Shown piece by piece: positions 13,714 through 27,940 of a DNA stretch of 64,000 bases (within the stretch, counting starts at the first letter, position 1; every line of letters starts with the position of its first letter). The translations under genes and the position numbers were made by a program. This DNA is from Octopus sinensis. Taxonomy: Eukaryota. The DNA lies in NCBI RefSeq assembly GCF_006345805.1, contig NC_043014.1:47802001-47866000 (forward strand), written 5' to 3'. The notes beneath the pieces were generated by a model. That model saw only the letters and a program-made list of their open reading frames with translations, was not told the DNA's origin and ran no database searches.

Positions 13714-15652
13714 AATGTTCTTTATAAAATTATTTTAGCATTTTCTATCCCGACTTGTTTTTACATATATGTGTGTGATATGCACATATATATACAAGGA
13801 GAATGTGTAAGAGACACACAAAAGAGATGGCACTTCTTGTTCATTTTCATGCATATGTCCCCAATGCTTTAGCAATAAAAATAAACAGGAATATTTGGAT
13901 AGTTACCTTAATAATTTAACATAAAATATGTAGATTAGGTAACACTGACACTATAACAGATCACTGTTGCCACTGCCAACCACCACCTCCACTACATTCA
14001 CCATCATCATCCTTGTATAACTAAAAAGACACTTTACACTCAACAAGATCTTAACATACATCTTTGTCCTAAACATCAACCTCTATCCCACAGACATATT
14101 GCGTCTCCTCTCTCTACTTTTTTTACTGCTTCTATCATGGCCTCTGCTCCACACAGTTAACCGATCTTGTTTCCTCCATTCTGTCATGTCTAACTTACTT
14201 GTCCCTTCTTCTCTTGTCACCCATATTCTGTTCATACTCCACCCTATGTTTACACTTATCAATATACCCAGTCCTTCCTTCTAAGAATATCAACCACTAC
14301 ACCTACACCCTGCACATATTTTCCAGTGGTTGTTGACTTGAAACAGTTCGAGCAGGACATTAACAGCAATCTTACTGGTCTTGAGAAGAGTCTGTGATGC
14401 CCCACTTCTTTCTCACCAAACCAACAGGGGAAATGTGTGGGCATAGCTGTATGGTTTAGGGGTTTGCTTTCCAATCACAAGGTTTCAGTTTCAGTCCCAT
14501 TACATGACACTTTGGGCACATGTCTTTTACTATAGCCCCAGGCTGACCAAAGCTTTGTGAGTAGATTTGGTAGACAGAACTTGAAAGAAGCCCTTCGCAT
14601 GCACATGTGTGTGTATATTTATGTATGTTTGTGCATATGTATGTGTATGTATATAGTTGTGTCTTCTTTTCTTGACACCACATGATAGTTGTAAAGGAGT
14701 TACACCATCATACAAGCAGTGTCATCCATTTCCAATATTCTGTGAAAATATGTCTGACTTTGGGGAAATATCATTTTGCTTAGAAACAGTTAAGAGTGAC
14801 AACAAGAAGGTCATATGGTCATAGAAAAACTACTTTAATTAAGGCAGCAAGCTGGCAGAAACGTTAGTGCGCTAGGCAAAATGCTTAGCGGTATTTCATC
14901 TGCCATTACATTCTGAGTTCAAATTTCACCGAGGTTGACTTTGTCTTTCATCCTTTCGAGATCAATTAAATAAGTATCAGTTATGCACTGGAGTCGATGT
15001 AATCGACTTAATCCCTTTGTTTGTCCCCTCTATGTTTAGCCCCTTGTGGGTAATGAAGAAATAAGAAGATCTCTTTCAATAAACTCTGTCCAACCAGTGC
15101 AAGCATAGAAAAGTGGATGTTAAACAGATTGTGATATCAATACCTCTATTGTTGACATTTTAAAGTTTCATTAATGTTAAAAGTAGGCATTATTATGACA
15201 GTCGATTGTTATAACAGTTGTTATAAGCTTCTAGCTTCTATCATTGTTTAAATTACTTTTACTAACATAGAAATTCTTTAATTTAGTAAATGATGTTTCA
15301 GAGTGTATAATTGTTGCTAATGACATTAATTCACTCCTGCTGGTCCTTAGAATAAAACCACCTCTCTGTCCACTCAAATACTCCCTCCACTTAGTTAAGA
15401 GGTTCTTTTTTTCTTTTTCTTGCTCTTTCCTATCTTGCAAGTTACTTGGCAATCACTAGTGCTGGTAGTACAAAAAAAAAAGCACTTAGTACACACTTTA
15501 AAGGAAGGGCATCTAAAAAACCATGCCAAAGCTGGCTGAGAGCATGTGACCCTGTAACTCACCAAATCCTGTCAAACCATCTGACCCACAACACGGAAAA
15601 TGAACAGGTGATGAGGATTCTAAATCTGGATGATTGCAAATGAAATCTAATA

Positions 15653-17345
15653 CAGTGACACCTTGCAGCACGAGTTTAATTCGTTCCATGACCAAGCTTG
15701 TTTTACAAGTTACAAATCAATTTTCCCCGTTGAAATTAGTTAAAATATAATTAATCCATTCCAACCCCAACCCCAAAATCCTTTTTTATGGGTTTTTAAA
15801 ACAATAAAGGTGCAGTTATAAGGAAAATGACAATTATAAAAACATAATAAAAGAGAATGCAAAAGAAACATGTAAACTGGTTTTAGTAATTTAATTACCT
15901 TAATGATGGGATGATGTGTATGTAAGGAAGACAACGAAGCAGAGAGGAGGAGGAGGATTGTTTGGAAGGAGAATCCCCTTCCATTAAGATTTCAGGAAGA
16001 ACAGTTTCTGACGTTTTCTCTCTCACTTCATTTAATTTAGGCTTTTTGGACGCATTTTCTACACTTTTCACACTTGCAGGTCATTTCATTAGAAACGTAT
16101 CAAGAAGTTTGCTTTTTCCTGCCTTTCAGAATGTTATGAAAATACACCAGAGGAATAGAATCAAATAATGCAGCTGCACGACCTGTAAATACTTTTTCAG
16201 GATGATACTTTTTTACAAATTCAGAAACATACTGCCTCTTGGCCAACACTGCCTTTATGTCACTTGTAGATATAAGACTTCTCTGCTGTCCTCCTCTGAG
16301 AAACCAATCTCTTCTACTGCATCCAAATGCTGCTGCTCCTGAAGCTGCAAGAGTTCATCTGTCATCAGTTCATCTGAATGTTCTTTGATGAGATCATTTA
16401 TATCCCATCATCAACCTTGAGGCCAATGGACTTGCCAAGAGACACTATCTCCTCGACTACAGGTGTCTCAAACTCAAACCCCTCGAAGTCTCTTCCGGAT
16501 ATGCAGTCAGGCCACAGTTTCCTCCATGCAGAATTCAAGTGTTCTCCTCATTACACCCTACCAGGCCATATTGATGATTTTTAGGCAGTTAACAATGTTG
16601 TGGTGCTCCTTCCAAAACTCACAAATGATTACATTTGTATTTTTGGTGACTTCAAAGCAATGACAAAACAGAGGTTTGGTGTACAATTTCTTAAAATTAG
16701 AAATCACCTGTCAGTCCATGGACTGCAAGAAAAAGGTGGTATTGCATGAATTTAAATTCATCCATGATATCATCTTCAAAGTTAGGAGGGTGAGCAGGAG
16801 CACTGTCAAGGATGAAGAGAGCCTTGAAAAGAAGATTGTTCTCCAGAAGGTACTTTTCACTGCTGGTCCGAAGATAAGGTTGACCCACTTGGTGAAGAAT
16901 TGCCTAGTAAGCTAGGCTTTAACGCTTGCCCTTCACATGATCTACAGTTCTTCAGGATTTTGTGTGACTTGAATGCTCATGGGTTTTTGAAATGGCAGAC
17001 AAGGAGCGGCTTAATATTCAAGTCTCCACTCGCATTGGCACAAAGGGCAAGACTTTGCATATCTTTCATAGGTTTGTGGCCTGGCATTTTTTTCTCTGCG
17101 GTTATGAAGGTTCTTCTGAGCATTTTATTCCCCCAAAAAGGCCAGTTTCACCAATACCTGCTGTGCAATGTACCCTTTGGCTGTGATGAGCTGTCAGAAT
17201 TCATGCATGAAATCCTCAGCTGCCTTTGTGTCAGAACAGGCTCCTCCTCCATACCTGACGATGCTATGAACACCAGTCCTCTTCCTGAAATTATCAAACC
17301 AGTCGTGACCAGCCTTAAATGCATCTGCTGATGTCTTCTCTGTCG
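15653..17345 (-). mobile_element. Degenerate Tigger/pogo DNA transposon, truncated on the right
   Basis: TA|CAGTGACACCTTGCAGCACGAGTTTAATTCGTTCC terminus at 15653. Minus-strand remnants FKAGHDWFDNFRKRTGVHS, (D)ETGLF, KPLLV.HFKNP, KALFILDSAPAHP, with stops. Confidence 0.85.
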
Positions 17346-17834
17346 ATGTTCCAGTAGATCCCCATACAGATCATTTAGTGAAGAATGATCCCAAGATTTT
17401 TAGCATCTCAGAAGAGATGAGAAAGATCAAGATGAGTGCCAATATGAGGTGCTTGAAAAGACTTATCCACCACAGCAAAGCTGAGATTCTGGAACTACAA
17501 TGCATAAATGCACTAAGCTCCTTACCCAATTTGTCTCTGTCAAGCCTTCGCACTCCCTCATCTCCCTACCACTCATCCCTCCATGACTCTCCTAACTACT
17601 GCAGTATTCTGCAACAGTATTTAAATGTGAGCAGAACTACATATGTCATCACCTTTTTCTGTACTACCAATTATCCCTCCCTCTCCCCTGAAGTATTACC
17701 TATTGACTCACCCCTATGTACCTCTGGGGATTTCCACCCCTCTCACTATATATTTCTCATTCTCCCACACACACTTTTGCAACATTTACCCACCCATCAT
17801 CTCCCTACCTCTGATCCTTCTTCCCATATATATT

Positions 17835-18160
17835 AGAGCTCAAAATCTCTCGTGGAAGCGCCATCCAACCAAAATGCAAATATATGGGAAACTACCACCT
17901 GTGTCATCTCTTGTGAAAGGTAGGAGAGTCCAGTTTGCTGGACATTGTTGTAGAGCTGAAAAAGAGGTAATTTCTACTCTCCTCCTCTGGAAGCCATCTA
18001 CTCGCAATGCCAGAGGGCGCACACTCTCCTACCCTGATGTAATCTCCAGGGATACAGGCATCCAGCAACAGGACCTCTGTAATGCCAAGATGGACCGTGA
18101 AGTCTGGCGTAGCATGGTAAATTCCATTGTCTCGACTATGGTCGAACAATGATGATGATA
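17835..18160 (+). mobile_element. 5'-truncated RTE-type LINE 3' end (RRVQFAGHCCR...GR.LSYPDVISRD) with (TGA)n tail; near-identical copy about 29895-30200
   Basis: Two almost identical copies with the same tail. Confidence 0.75.
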
Positions 18161-19115
18161 TATATTAGGGAATGCTGTAAAGTTCCTGGCTCTGGGTAAA
18201 AGAAAATACAGGAAAATGATGATGATGATGATGATGATGACACACACGCAGGATGGACAGACAGACAGACGAATAGATAGATAACTGAATAGAGGAAAAT
18301 GCTAACTGAGTAAATTCAGTGATAGGGATTTCAATTCCCTGATGCAGCTATTTTATTTCACTCTTATCTTAACAGAAAGCTATCAATGTCACACAGTTTC
18401 ATTTCCTCCACTTCAATAAATGTTAAGCTGTGTATAAATGCAGAAAAATAGTTTGTTTTTTTTATACCCATCTACACCCAGTCAGACTGTATAAAGCAGT
18501 AGTTCTCAACCACAGCTCCTGGAGTTGCATGCAGTCCTCAAGCATCCTACTTGCAGCCCTCAGCAGTCTTCCTTCTATAAATATAGTAATTTTTCTTGTG
18601 TTTTATATTTTTTGATGTGGACCCCTAAAAAGGATCAGGTTTTGGATCTGGCCCAGACATTAAAAAAGGTTGAGAACCACTGGTATGAAGTGTTTCTAGG
18701 TGAAGGTCATTCAAGGTCAATATATTGGTAGTATCACAATGGCCCAGAGAATAAAGAGTGAACAAGGTCAAGAGACAGTGTAGCATGACCTTGAAATGTA
18801 CCAGGCTCAGTTGACTGAGGAGCTAGAGGGTGGTGGGGGTGAGATAGTAGTAGAAGAGTAAATCAATTGAGTGGATGGTTGAGAACAGTTTAATTTAGTG
18901 ACTTACAGCTTAGACATTACTAGCTCAGAAAGTACCAGAAGTGGGACAGACACTTCAAGGTTAACAAGGAATCGGAGTGGGTAGTGAAAATTGAAGACAA
19001 AAGACAAGATGAAGGGGAAATGAAATGAAAGGAGAGATACAAGATTCAAAGGTGATAGGAGGAGTGAAAGATCAATAACAACAACAACAACAAGCAGTAA
19101 GAAAATGTAACTTAC

Positions 19116-19191
19116 CAGGCCCTGAAACTGCATAGACATAGCCATAGAGCTTTTCTTTCTCAACATCTCGAATTTTGGGTAGTTTATCCAT
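19116..19191 (-). CDS. ATP6V1A: V-type H+-ATPase catalytic subunit A, coding exon 1 (MDKLPKIRDVEKEKLYGYVYAVSGP+G), 76 nt
   Basis: Manual translation resembles the V-ATPase A N-terminus (GYV..VSGP). ATG at 19191, donor G|GTAAGT at 19115, upstream polypyrimidine/TAG acceptor near 19206. Phase 1 joins the next exon. Confidence 0.92.
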
Positions 19192-20221
19192 GATTGATTA
19201 CCTCTCTACAGTGAAATATAGAAATCAATTGGTCAGTTATATTGAACACAATACCAAGACAAAACATTTCAATTCAAATAAGTAATTCATAGAAGGACAA
19301 GTACAAAAGTAGATAAAATAATTATTATTATTAAATATTATTAAATATGTAAAAGCACCATCCGTTCGTGTCCGTTGCCAGCCTCGCCTGGCCCCCGTGC
19401 CAGTGACACGTAAAAGCACCATCCGTTCGTGGCTGTTTGCCAGCCTTGTCTGGCACCTGTGCGGGTGGCACGTAAAAAGCACCCACTACACTCACGGAGT
19501 GGTTGGCGTTAGGAAGGGCATCCAGCCGTAGAAACACTGCCAGATCTGACTGGGCCTGATGAAGCCTTCCAGCTTCACAGACCCCAGTTGAACCGTCCAA
19601 CCCATGCTAGCCTGGAAAACAGACGCTAAATGATGATGATGATAATGATGACTTCTCTTTACACTATGAATTGAAACCATGTTAAACCTGCCTTTTATAC
19701 TGCTGGAGTTCATATATAACTCCTAGTTATATACTGAGTTTCATTGAATCAACTACACACCCATAAACCTTTACAAATTTCTGACATTTTATCACTGTTA
19801 GAAATTTTTAACAACAAAGACATTTTTAAGACTAGATCTTAACCAAATAAACAGAAGTGGGGATTTGTATAAAGCATTAACCCTTTTGTTACTAACCCGG
19901 CTCTGGCTCTGTGGTAAAATGTCTTGTTTTCATAGGTTTTGAATTAAAATATTCCACCAAGCCTTAGTCACAATTTATGTTCCTAACACTAGCTTAATGA
20001 TAACTAAGTTGTTTTACTAAATTCTTTGTTATATTTAAAATAATTGAAAAAAAACACAGAGCATCTCAAAATAAATACAGTAACAAAAGGGTTAAAGAGA
20101 AAACTCAGCTTTGTCAGGATTTGATCTCAGAAGCAAACATGAAAATTAATTTTGTTAGAACTTTAGTCCAGTGCTCTGCAATAATCACAGTAGTTTTTGA
20201 GGGAAGGTATTCGTACTTTAA

Positions 20222-20437
20222 CCCTTTAGCATTCAGATTACAGTTAAATATAATATGTTTTTTATTCAAATTGTTTTGAATTAATCATGCATTATCTTAT
20301 ATCTTTACGGTTTCAATGTGATTGTTTATTTTTAGAATGTCAGTGTAAGCTGGGTGTGAGAGGCTAAATATGGCCAGTTTGAATGTAAAACATGTAGGAT
20401 ATCTGGGCCAGATTTGGCTGGTTTAAATGCTAAAGGG
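20222..20437. mobile_element. TTAA-flanked MITE family 2 (TIR CCCTTTAGCATT); second copy 23141-23361; possible partial end at 1-36
   Basis: 12-bp TIR and TTAA duplication. Both copies sit inside the TTAA of older repeats. Confidence 0.8.
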
Positions 20438-23400
20438 TTAATTTATCAACCCCAAGAAGATGGACAGTAAAATTGACCCCAGTAGAATGTGAATTCAGAA
20501 TACAAAGAGCAAGGACTTTTTTTCTGATACTTTAACATTTCTAACAATCCACCACCCTAAGATGATAAATAATAATCACCACTTCTAATGATGACAAATA
20601 ATAATTATTTTTAATTTAGACACATGTCAAAAAATTAGGCTTTCTTTATTTTTTTTTTTGTTGAAATCTTATAGAAGGATAAAAATGTAAAGTTGACTCC
20701 TGCAGGATTTTAATATAAAACAAAAATAAAAGTTTTACAAAACGTGGTTACTGAAGTTACTAACAGAGCAAACAAGTTTCCCTCACATCCTATGTGTTAA
20801 AAACAGTAAGATATTGGATAATGTAGTTGTAAGTCCACTATGAGTGAATAAAGTAAATTTTACAATTGCAGTTAGAATTCTTTTGATCAGAGTTTTACTC
20901 AGTGAAGACTGACCTAGGGCTAAACAACAACTAAATACTACAAGATATTTAATATGGCACTCCTACCTATAACAAAAACAATAACAGTTGTCTCTAGGAG
21001 GCGGAGAACTGTACCAATAATATTGGTAAATTCTGTAATAAAACGAAGCATAGTTTGAAGTAAATGAATTTCTAGAATACTTTTACCAAGAATAAAAGAA
21101 CAAAAGTAAGCTTACTTTGAAATTATATAAAAAAAAGGGAAATCTAAAAGAAAAAAATTATACTTGAAGCAGTGTTGCCCGTAGCGAGTAGCCGTGTGTG
21201 TGTGTGTGTGCATGTGTATGTATGCATGTCTTGTATTAAGTTATCCATTTATCTAAAACTACTGAAACACATGAAATATATTCAGCTGTGGGTAAATGGA
21301 ATTGCTTGCATCAAACAATTAGACAGCTAATTGGTCATTTATGCCAGAATAAACAGCCATAAGTGTCTGCAACAGCTGGTAGAATTATAAACCATTGACA
21401 GGCTATTGACAGTGGAATAAGCTAGTAAATTGGAAAGTAAGCATTGAAATAAAAAGAAAACGCTTTCAGCCGGTCCCTAGTTTGATTATACAGACAACTG
21501 AAATGTAGACGCTAGAATGTAATACACAAAGAAGCAGTAAAGAGGACTTGACAAAAGCTGGAGAATAATAGATGGACATTCTAATGTAAATGTCTAATTT
21601 AAAACATAATGTGTAATTTACACAAAGCCTAAATTTCCTGAAATAGGTGTAAGTTGTTGCTTTATTAATTCTGCAGCAGGTGGGAAGTGAACAGCTTACA
21701 TAATCTGGAGGCAATTGTTGGAAACAGATTGAACTTTCCCATCACCAATTATAACAAACTCAGTCACAGAGGCAAGACGATAATTTCTGAAGGTAACAGA
21801 GAACCTAAAAGGCAATACATATTCCTAGTAACTTTACACCAGAACATGAATGTTTGGTTCAGTCATACAAACTGGATCAAACAGTGTTATTCAGGAACAA
21901 ATCACAATAGCTGTAGTCAGTTGTCCAACAAGTACTCAGGATTTTGCTGCTGTTTAGAGACCAGATCAGTCCTGACCCAGCATACCCATGATCTAAAATG
22001 TACTAGCTATGATTTGAGAGATATTTGGCTTCTATATCTAGCAGCTCAAGTAACCACATAGATGATTCCCCACTGTCTCAGATTTGCATAGCTTGTAGGA
22101 GTGTAGTGACTTACTACTCATAAAACAATAGTGGTGCTATTTTAGAGGGTAAACGGAGATGACTAGGAGTAGTTTGGAATAGGCTGGGTCTGAAGTCCAT
22201 TATATTAATAACAAGAACACTAATGCACGTGAAATAAAGAGATTATAGGTAATTATCAATAATCTAGGTAGGCTTAATCCACCATGTGTTAATGGTGAAA
22301 ATGATGTAGTAATGGCAATACTTATACACATATATACTATCTATCTATCTATGTATATACACACACACATATGCGTATGTATATATGCACATACACACCA
22401 ACATGATGTACTTGTTCATGGGAACAAGTATAGATAAAGAACTCAATACTTGAAAAGTGGAATCTTTAATATTTAGATAAATCAGCTTATAAATTTCTTT
22501 CAATTATTATTATTATTATTTTGATTTATAGAGCTAATTGGGAAAAATCTTATAGGTGAATACAGGATAGAAGGAAGGAAAGCAAGGAGAGGGGAAAAGC
22601 TTAAGAGAAACAGTGTGAAAATATGAAAGAAATAATAGGTAGTGTTAAATCTGAAAGTGTGACTGTTTAAATGTCTGTTTAGTTTGAAAGTCTAAGGGTC
22701 AGATCTAGATTGGAAACTGAAGAACAAGAACAAATTTTAGAAAACTAGCCAGTTAGATAGCTTATGTAGAATAATCCCATCTATGGAAATTAACAAGTGA
22801 AATTACACACACACATATTATAACAATTATGGTGGCAACACAAAAATAAATGCCACAAGGATGAAATTAAAAGAATGGGATTAGATTTTTGCTTGTATAT
22901 CAGTGGATTTAAGTGACAGAAAAGAAAATGGTAGAGAGGAATATTCAGCTCAATGGATGAAAAGAGAGACCAGGTAGAATAAAGGTTAGATTAGAAAGCA
23001 AAGGAACTCTGGTGTGTGAATAGTTTAAATTGCTTGAGCACCAGTTTAAAAGGATGTAGCAACAAAAAATTGCCTGCACACACACACACAAACTGGATAT
23101 TGTCTTCAGACACCACATCATCATCATCGTCGTCGTTTAACCCTTTAGTGTTTGCATTATTCTGCCAAAATTAATGCTTTTTCATCCACACTGTTTTGAA
23201 CGAATCATGCATTATCTTGTAGCCATGAGATTTTGATGAGGTAGCTGTTAATTTTTAAAACGATATTGTAGGGCTGGTGTGAGAGATTAGATCTGGCCAG
23301 TTTGAACATAAAACAGGTAGAATACTTTTGGCCGGATATGGCCAGTTTAAATGCTAAAGGGTTAACATCCACCTTCCATGGGTGGGACGATTTCACAAGA

Positions 23401-24561
23401 GCTGGCCAGGTAGAAGCCTGCACCAGACTTCTGTGACTGTTTTTGGCAGGATTTTTACAGCTGGATGCCCTTCCTAACACCAACCACTCAGCAGATATAA
23501 CTCTTGACTCTTGTCTCTTCTGAAAAATAAGAGTCATAATATCTGATCATGTAAGAAGTCAATAAAAATCCTGTCTCTTTACTCTATTATTGGGTTCTTT
23601 CTTATTGATCACCGAATTAACATATACGTGTGTGTGGTGAGGAAGAAGTCAGAAAAAGTGGGTCTAAACTGTCGTAAAAATATGAGGAAAATGTAATGCA
23701 AAAAAATGGGGAGAAAAGCAAATGATTGGGGTAGTTCTACATAAAAATATATACACAGGAAGATTTAGAATACAGATACACATACACACATGCATATATA
23801 CATATAGGGGAATAGATAAACAAATACAGCTATAACCTGAACTACTTTCAGACTAAAAAAAAATCAAAATGGTGACAAATAAAGAAACCTCGTGGTAAAA
23901 TAAGAAAAAAAAAACTAGAGATAAGGCAAGACAGTGTATCAACAAGGTGACTGGCAAAGTGAAATACAATGTGAAATAAAAAAAAATTTTTTTTAATTAG
24001 AAATGTTTAATTAAGGTACACAGAGTAGAATCATAGTTTCTTATCTGTAAAGGTTAGTAAAATATTGGTCATGTCTAAAAGTATTCAATGCTTTATGTAG
24101 GAAAGAGGCTATTTACAAAGAAAATCACCTATTTGTATAAGTAAAAAGCCAGATGGGGCAAGAGCAAGGATTATGGGAGTAGTTAGCTCAGTCCAATACG
24201 AAAATGTGTTAGTTGCTCAAACCTAGACTGAAATGTTTATAGGAACCTGTTTTCAGGTGTGGATGTGTGTAAAGGGTGTAAAGAGGGAGTGGAATTGATC
24301 TAGAATGAAAGAGTGTCTTAATTTGTTGACATATATTTGTAAAGTTTATATTCAAATTGAACAAGAATATATCATCATCTTCATTCTTTTTCTTCTTCTT
24401 CTTATTATTATTGTTTTTAGCATTTTATTTTTTGTTTACTTCCAATTATTTAACCGTTATACTTCAGCTAGAAGAGTTTTGATGATATTAATTACACAAC
24501 CATGGACTCCCGTTTTATTTCCAATTATTCTTTTGTCAACACTGTACTTAGAAATAACTAA

Positions 24562-25078
24562 TCTATATATATAAAACTGTAGTTGTGTGAGTGTCTGTCC
24601 CCTTCGATTTAGATTCCTAACTACTCCCACATTTTGCGGTGCAGTTTAACCAAATTCGGGTATCTTATAGTCGTGATTAATATCGAGCCCGTCTGAGTAT
24701 TAGCGCGCGTCTACGATGAGTCTACGATTTTAAAAATAATTTAACATCATTTTTTATTCCATTTTAATGCATAATTTTTCGTGTGTCGATGGCGGCGGAG
24801 TTGGCGTCCACGCTCAAACACCTGCACCTGTGTTTGCTTCTCCCCCTTCTTCCTTCCCTCGTGAAGCTGTGGGGAAGGGAGTGTAAGGAAATCAACGTCG
24901 TAAAGCGTTGTCAAGGAGACCAGCGTTCTTTTAGAACAACGACTTCATAGCTTGAAGACACCAAAATAGAAATGGCTAAGAAAGCCCGTATTGGCATCTA
25001 TAAGGGAAGTAACTCTCTAAAAATGCTTATATAGTTATTTCCCTTACAAACCCGAGCAACGCCGGGCGATACTGCTAG
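24562..25078 (+). mobile_element. Non-autonomous Helitron-type element
   Basis: A|TCTATATATATAAA 5' end. Subterminal hairpin CCCG-AGCAACGC-CGGG. CTAG|T 3' end, no TSD. Confidence 0.8.
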
Positions 25079-27717
25079 TCACATATAATTTTGGAGTGAG
25101 CCATTACACATACACACACATACACACACTGATACAGTATACCACTTCAAACACCAACGTAGTGTGATAATATAAAATAGCTTGGTATAACATGGGTTGG
25201 TTTCAGGTCACATATGCAGTGGGTACAAGTATAGAGAATAATAAATTTTAAGACAATGACTTGTAAATTTTAGTCATTGATTAAACCTGTCAGATGTTCT
25301 ATTTTATGGTGTGTGTTTTTGTACAAAGATCTGCTTTAACATAATAGCTTCTATGACATTCTTAAATTGAAATCTGATGCCAGGTTTGTCACAGAGAAAG
25401 ATCTAGGACGTGTGTCTACATAAAACTTAACACATTTGAAAGATATATTTCTCAGCAGGCCTTTACTGAAAAATTACTGTCAAATTTATTGATAAATTTG
25501 TTTCATGATTTACATCTTTTACTTGCCATAAACTAAGTTGTGACTATAATTATGTGAAGAACTGGTAAAAAAAAAGTAATAGATATGCCTGAGACTGTGA
25601 CATGTGAATCCAAAGACTGAAAGAATTTCAAGGATATTGACTGGTAGAAAGAGAAGACAACCAAACTAAATGTCTTTCAGAATCTATTTTTCTGTTATTT
25701 CTAGCTGAAATCCCATTAGGATATGTACCAGTAATAAACTAAGGTCAATTTAATCAACTAGACCCTTCACATATACATATATGACCTTGAGCTAAGACAA
25801 AGAATTATTAATTAAAAGCTTTATTTGGTAGTTTTTATCTGATGAGATTGGTAGTAGTTTTTGGTAGTTTTTATCTGGTGAGATTGGTGGTAGTTTTTAT
25901 CTGGCGAGATTGGTATTTAATGAGGTTTTAACAGAAACTGTTCAGTTCTATGGTTACCAGGAGTCCAGCTGGAGCACAAAGTAAAGATAGTTCTTCTACA
26001 AATGACAAAGATTTTATGTTAATTGGAATGAAAGATAAATCTTCTCATGGGTACCTCCATCAGACAGGTCAAAAAGATTTCTAGAATTAGTGGTAACTGG
26101 AATCCCTTATAATTCTTCTGATGGGTATTTCCACCATATAGACTCAAAGACTTGTATAATCAGTGGAAATTAGAATAGCTCTTCTCATTACATCTGAGTC
26201 CCCCACCATCTTCGCTCACTATTTGGTTTCTTCCTCCTATGTCTCACACTACCCACTGTCATCCTGCAAATTCTTCCTATCCATAAAGCCAACCCTCTGA
26301 AATTCTCTTCCTACCACCATTAATGTTTATTAGTTCTGATAAACCAACAAAGAAACCTCTATGTGGTGTGCTTGACATGCTAGAAACTGCAGCCAAATTT
26401 TCCACAAACCATGCAATATCCCAAAAAAGGAAAACTATGTACACGCTGACCAATATAGATAAACAAAAAGATAATTTCAACTGGAATGTTTTGATCATAA
26501 GTCTTCAGGATCAAGACGGGTCTAGAGCTGAACAACAACGTAAGTATTGACTTTTAAAGGATGAGTGATGGCGCATGGCTTAGTGGTTAGGGTGTCAGCA
26601 TCATGATTGTAAGATTGTGGTTTCGATTCCTGGACCGGGCGATGCATTGTGTTCTTGAGCAAAACACTTCATTTCACATTGCTCCAGTCCACTCAGCTGG
26701 CAAAAATGAGTAACGCTGCAATGGACTGGTGTCCCATCCAGCTGGGGAACACATATGCCATAGAAACCAGGAAACCGGGCCCATGAGCTTGGCTAGGCTT
26801 TAAAAAGGGCGCATTTATTTTTATTTAAAGGATGAAGGTACTTCACTGTCAGGAATATGAGAGGTAAAAGTAACAGTTTTTTTCTCATTTATATAGTTCT
26901 GTTCTTGAGGGAAACCAGTGCTAATGTCTTCCTTATTTTAGAATCCCATAAAACTATAATAAACATAAATGTAATTCTACAATTATAGTGGTGGTGGTGG
27001 TGATGATGATGATGAAGAAAAGGAGGTGGAGGAGCTCACAAAATCTGAACATTTAAAGATAAGAGTCAAAACTAGTGTAAACTTGAAGTTCCATGATACA
27101 ACAATATTTTGTCAACTTTGCCTTTTCAGCTTTCTAAGGTCGATAATATAAGTAATATAAGCTGATTTAATTAGCTAACCCACTTCACAAAAGTTACTAG
27201 CTTTATTCCAAAATTGGAAAGAATTGTTATCATTATTAAGGTGGTAAACTGTCAGAATCGTTACCATGCTGGGCAAAATGCTTAACAGTATTTCACCTGT
27301 CTTTATGTTCTGAGTTCAAATTCCACCAAGGTCGACTTTGCCTTTCATCCTTTCGGGGTCAATAAATTAAGTACCAGTTGTGTACTGGGGTTGATCTAAT
27401 CGACTGGCCCCCTCCCCAAAAATTTCAGGCCTTATGGCTAGAGTAAAGAAGATTATTATTAAGGTGGCGAACTGGCAGAATCATTAACATGCCAAGCAAA
27501 ATGCTTAGCGGTATTTCACCTGTCGTTATGTTCTGAGTTCAAATTCCACCAAGGTCAACTTTGCCTTTCATCCTTTCGGGGCCAATAAAATAGGCACCAG
27601 CTAAGTACAGAGATGTAATCAACTAGCCCTCTCTTCCAAATTTGCTGGCCTTGTACCAAAATTTGAAATTGTTATTATTAAGGCAGTGAGCTGACAGGAT
27701 CCTTACTGCAATGTCTA

Positions 27718-27940
27718 TAAGGCGGCGAGATGGCAGAAACGTTAGCATGCCGGGCGAAATACTCAGTGGTATTTTGTCTGTCTTTACGTTCTGAGTTCAA
27801 ATTCCGCCGAGGTCGACTTTGCCTTTCATTCTGTCGGGGTCGATAAATTAAGTACCAGTTACGCACTTGGGCCAATGTAATCGACTTAATCCGTTTGTCT
27901 GTCCTTGTTTGTCCCTTCTTGTGGGCAATAAAGAAATAAG
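27718..27940 (+). mobile_element. tRNA-derived SINE family B (core GTCGACTTTGCCTTTCATCCTTTCGGGGTCGATAAA); other copies about 3615-3857, 5232-5461, 10545-10690, 10975-11175, 14840-15062, 27235-27660, 41195-41380, 46455-46686, 49790-49960, 55861-56256
   Basis: B-box-like GAGTTCAAATTCC and a shared core. The 5232 copy has TSD GCAGAGATAGGATA. Confidence 0.85.

Noticed and set aside
17378-18152. Overlapping 152- and 169-aa ORFs
   Set aside because: Chimeras of low-complexity sequence and an RTE 3' fragment inside the ATP6V1A intron.
25825-25920. ~28-bp imperfect tandem repeat x3
   Set aside because: Ordinary slippage-type minisatellite.
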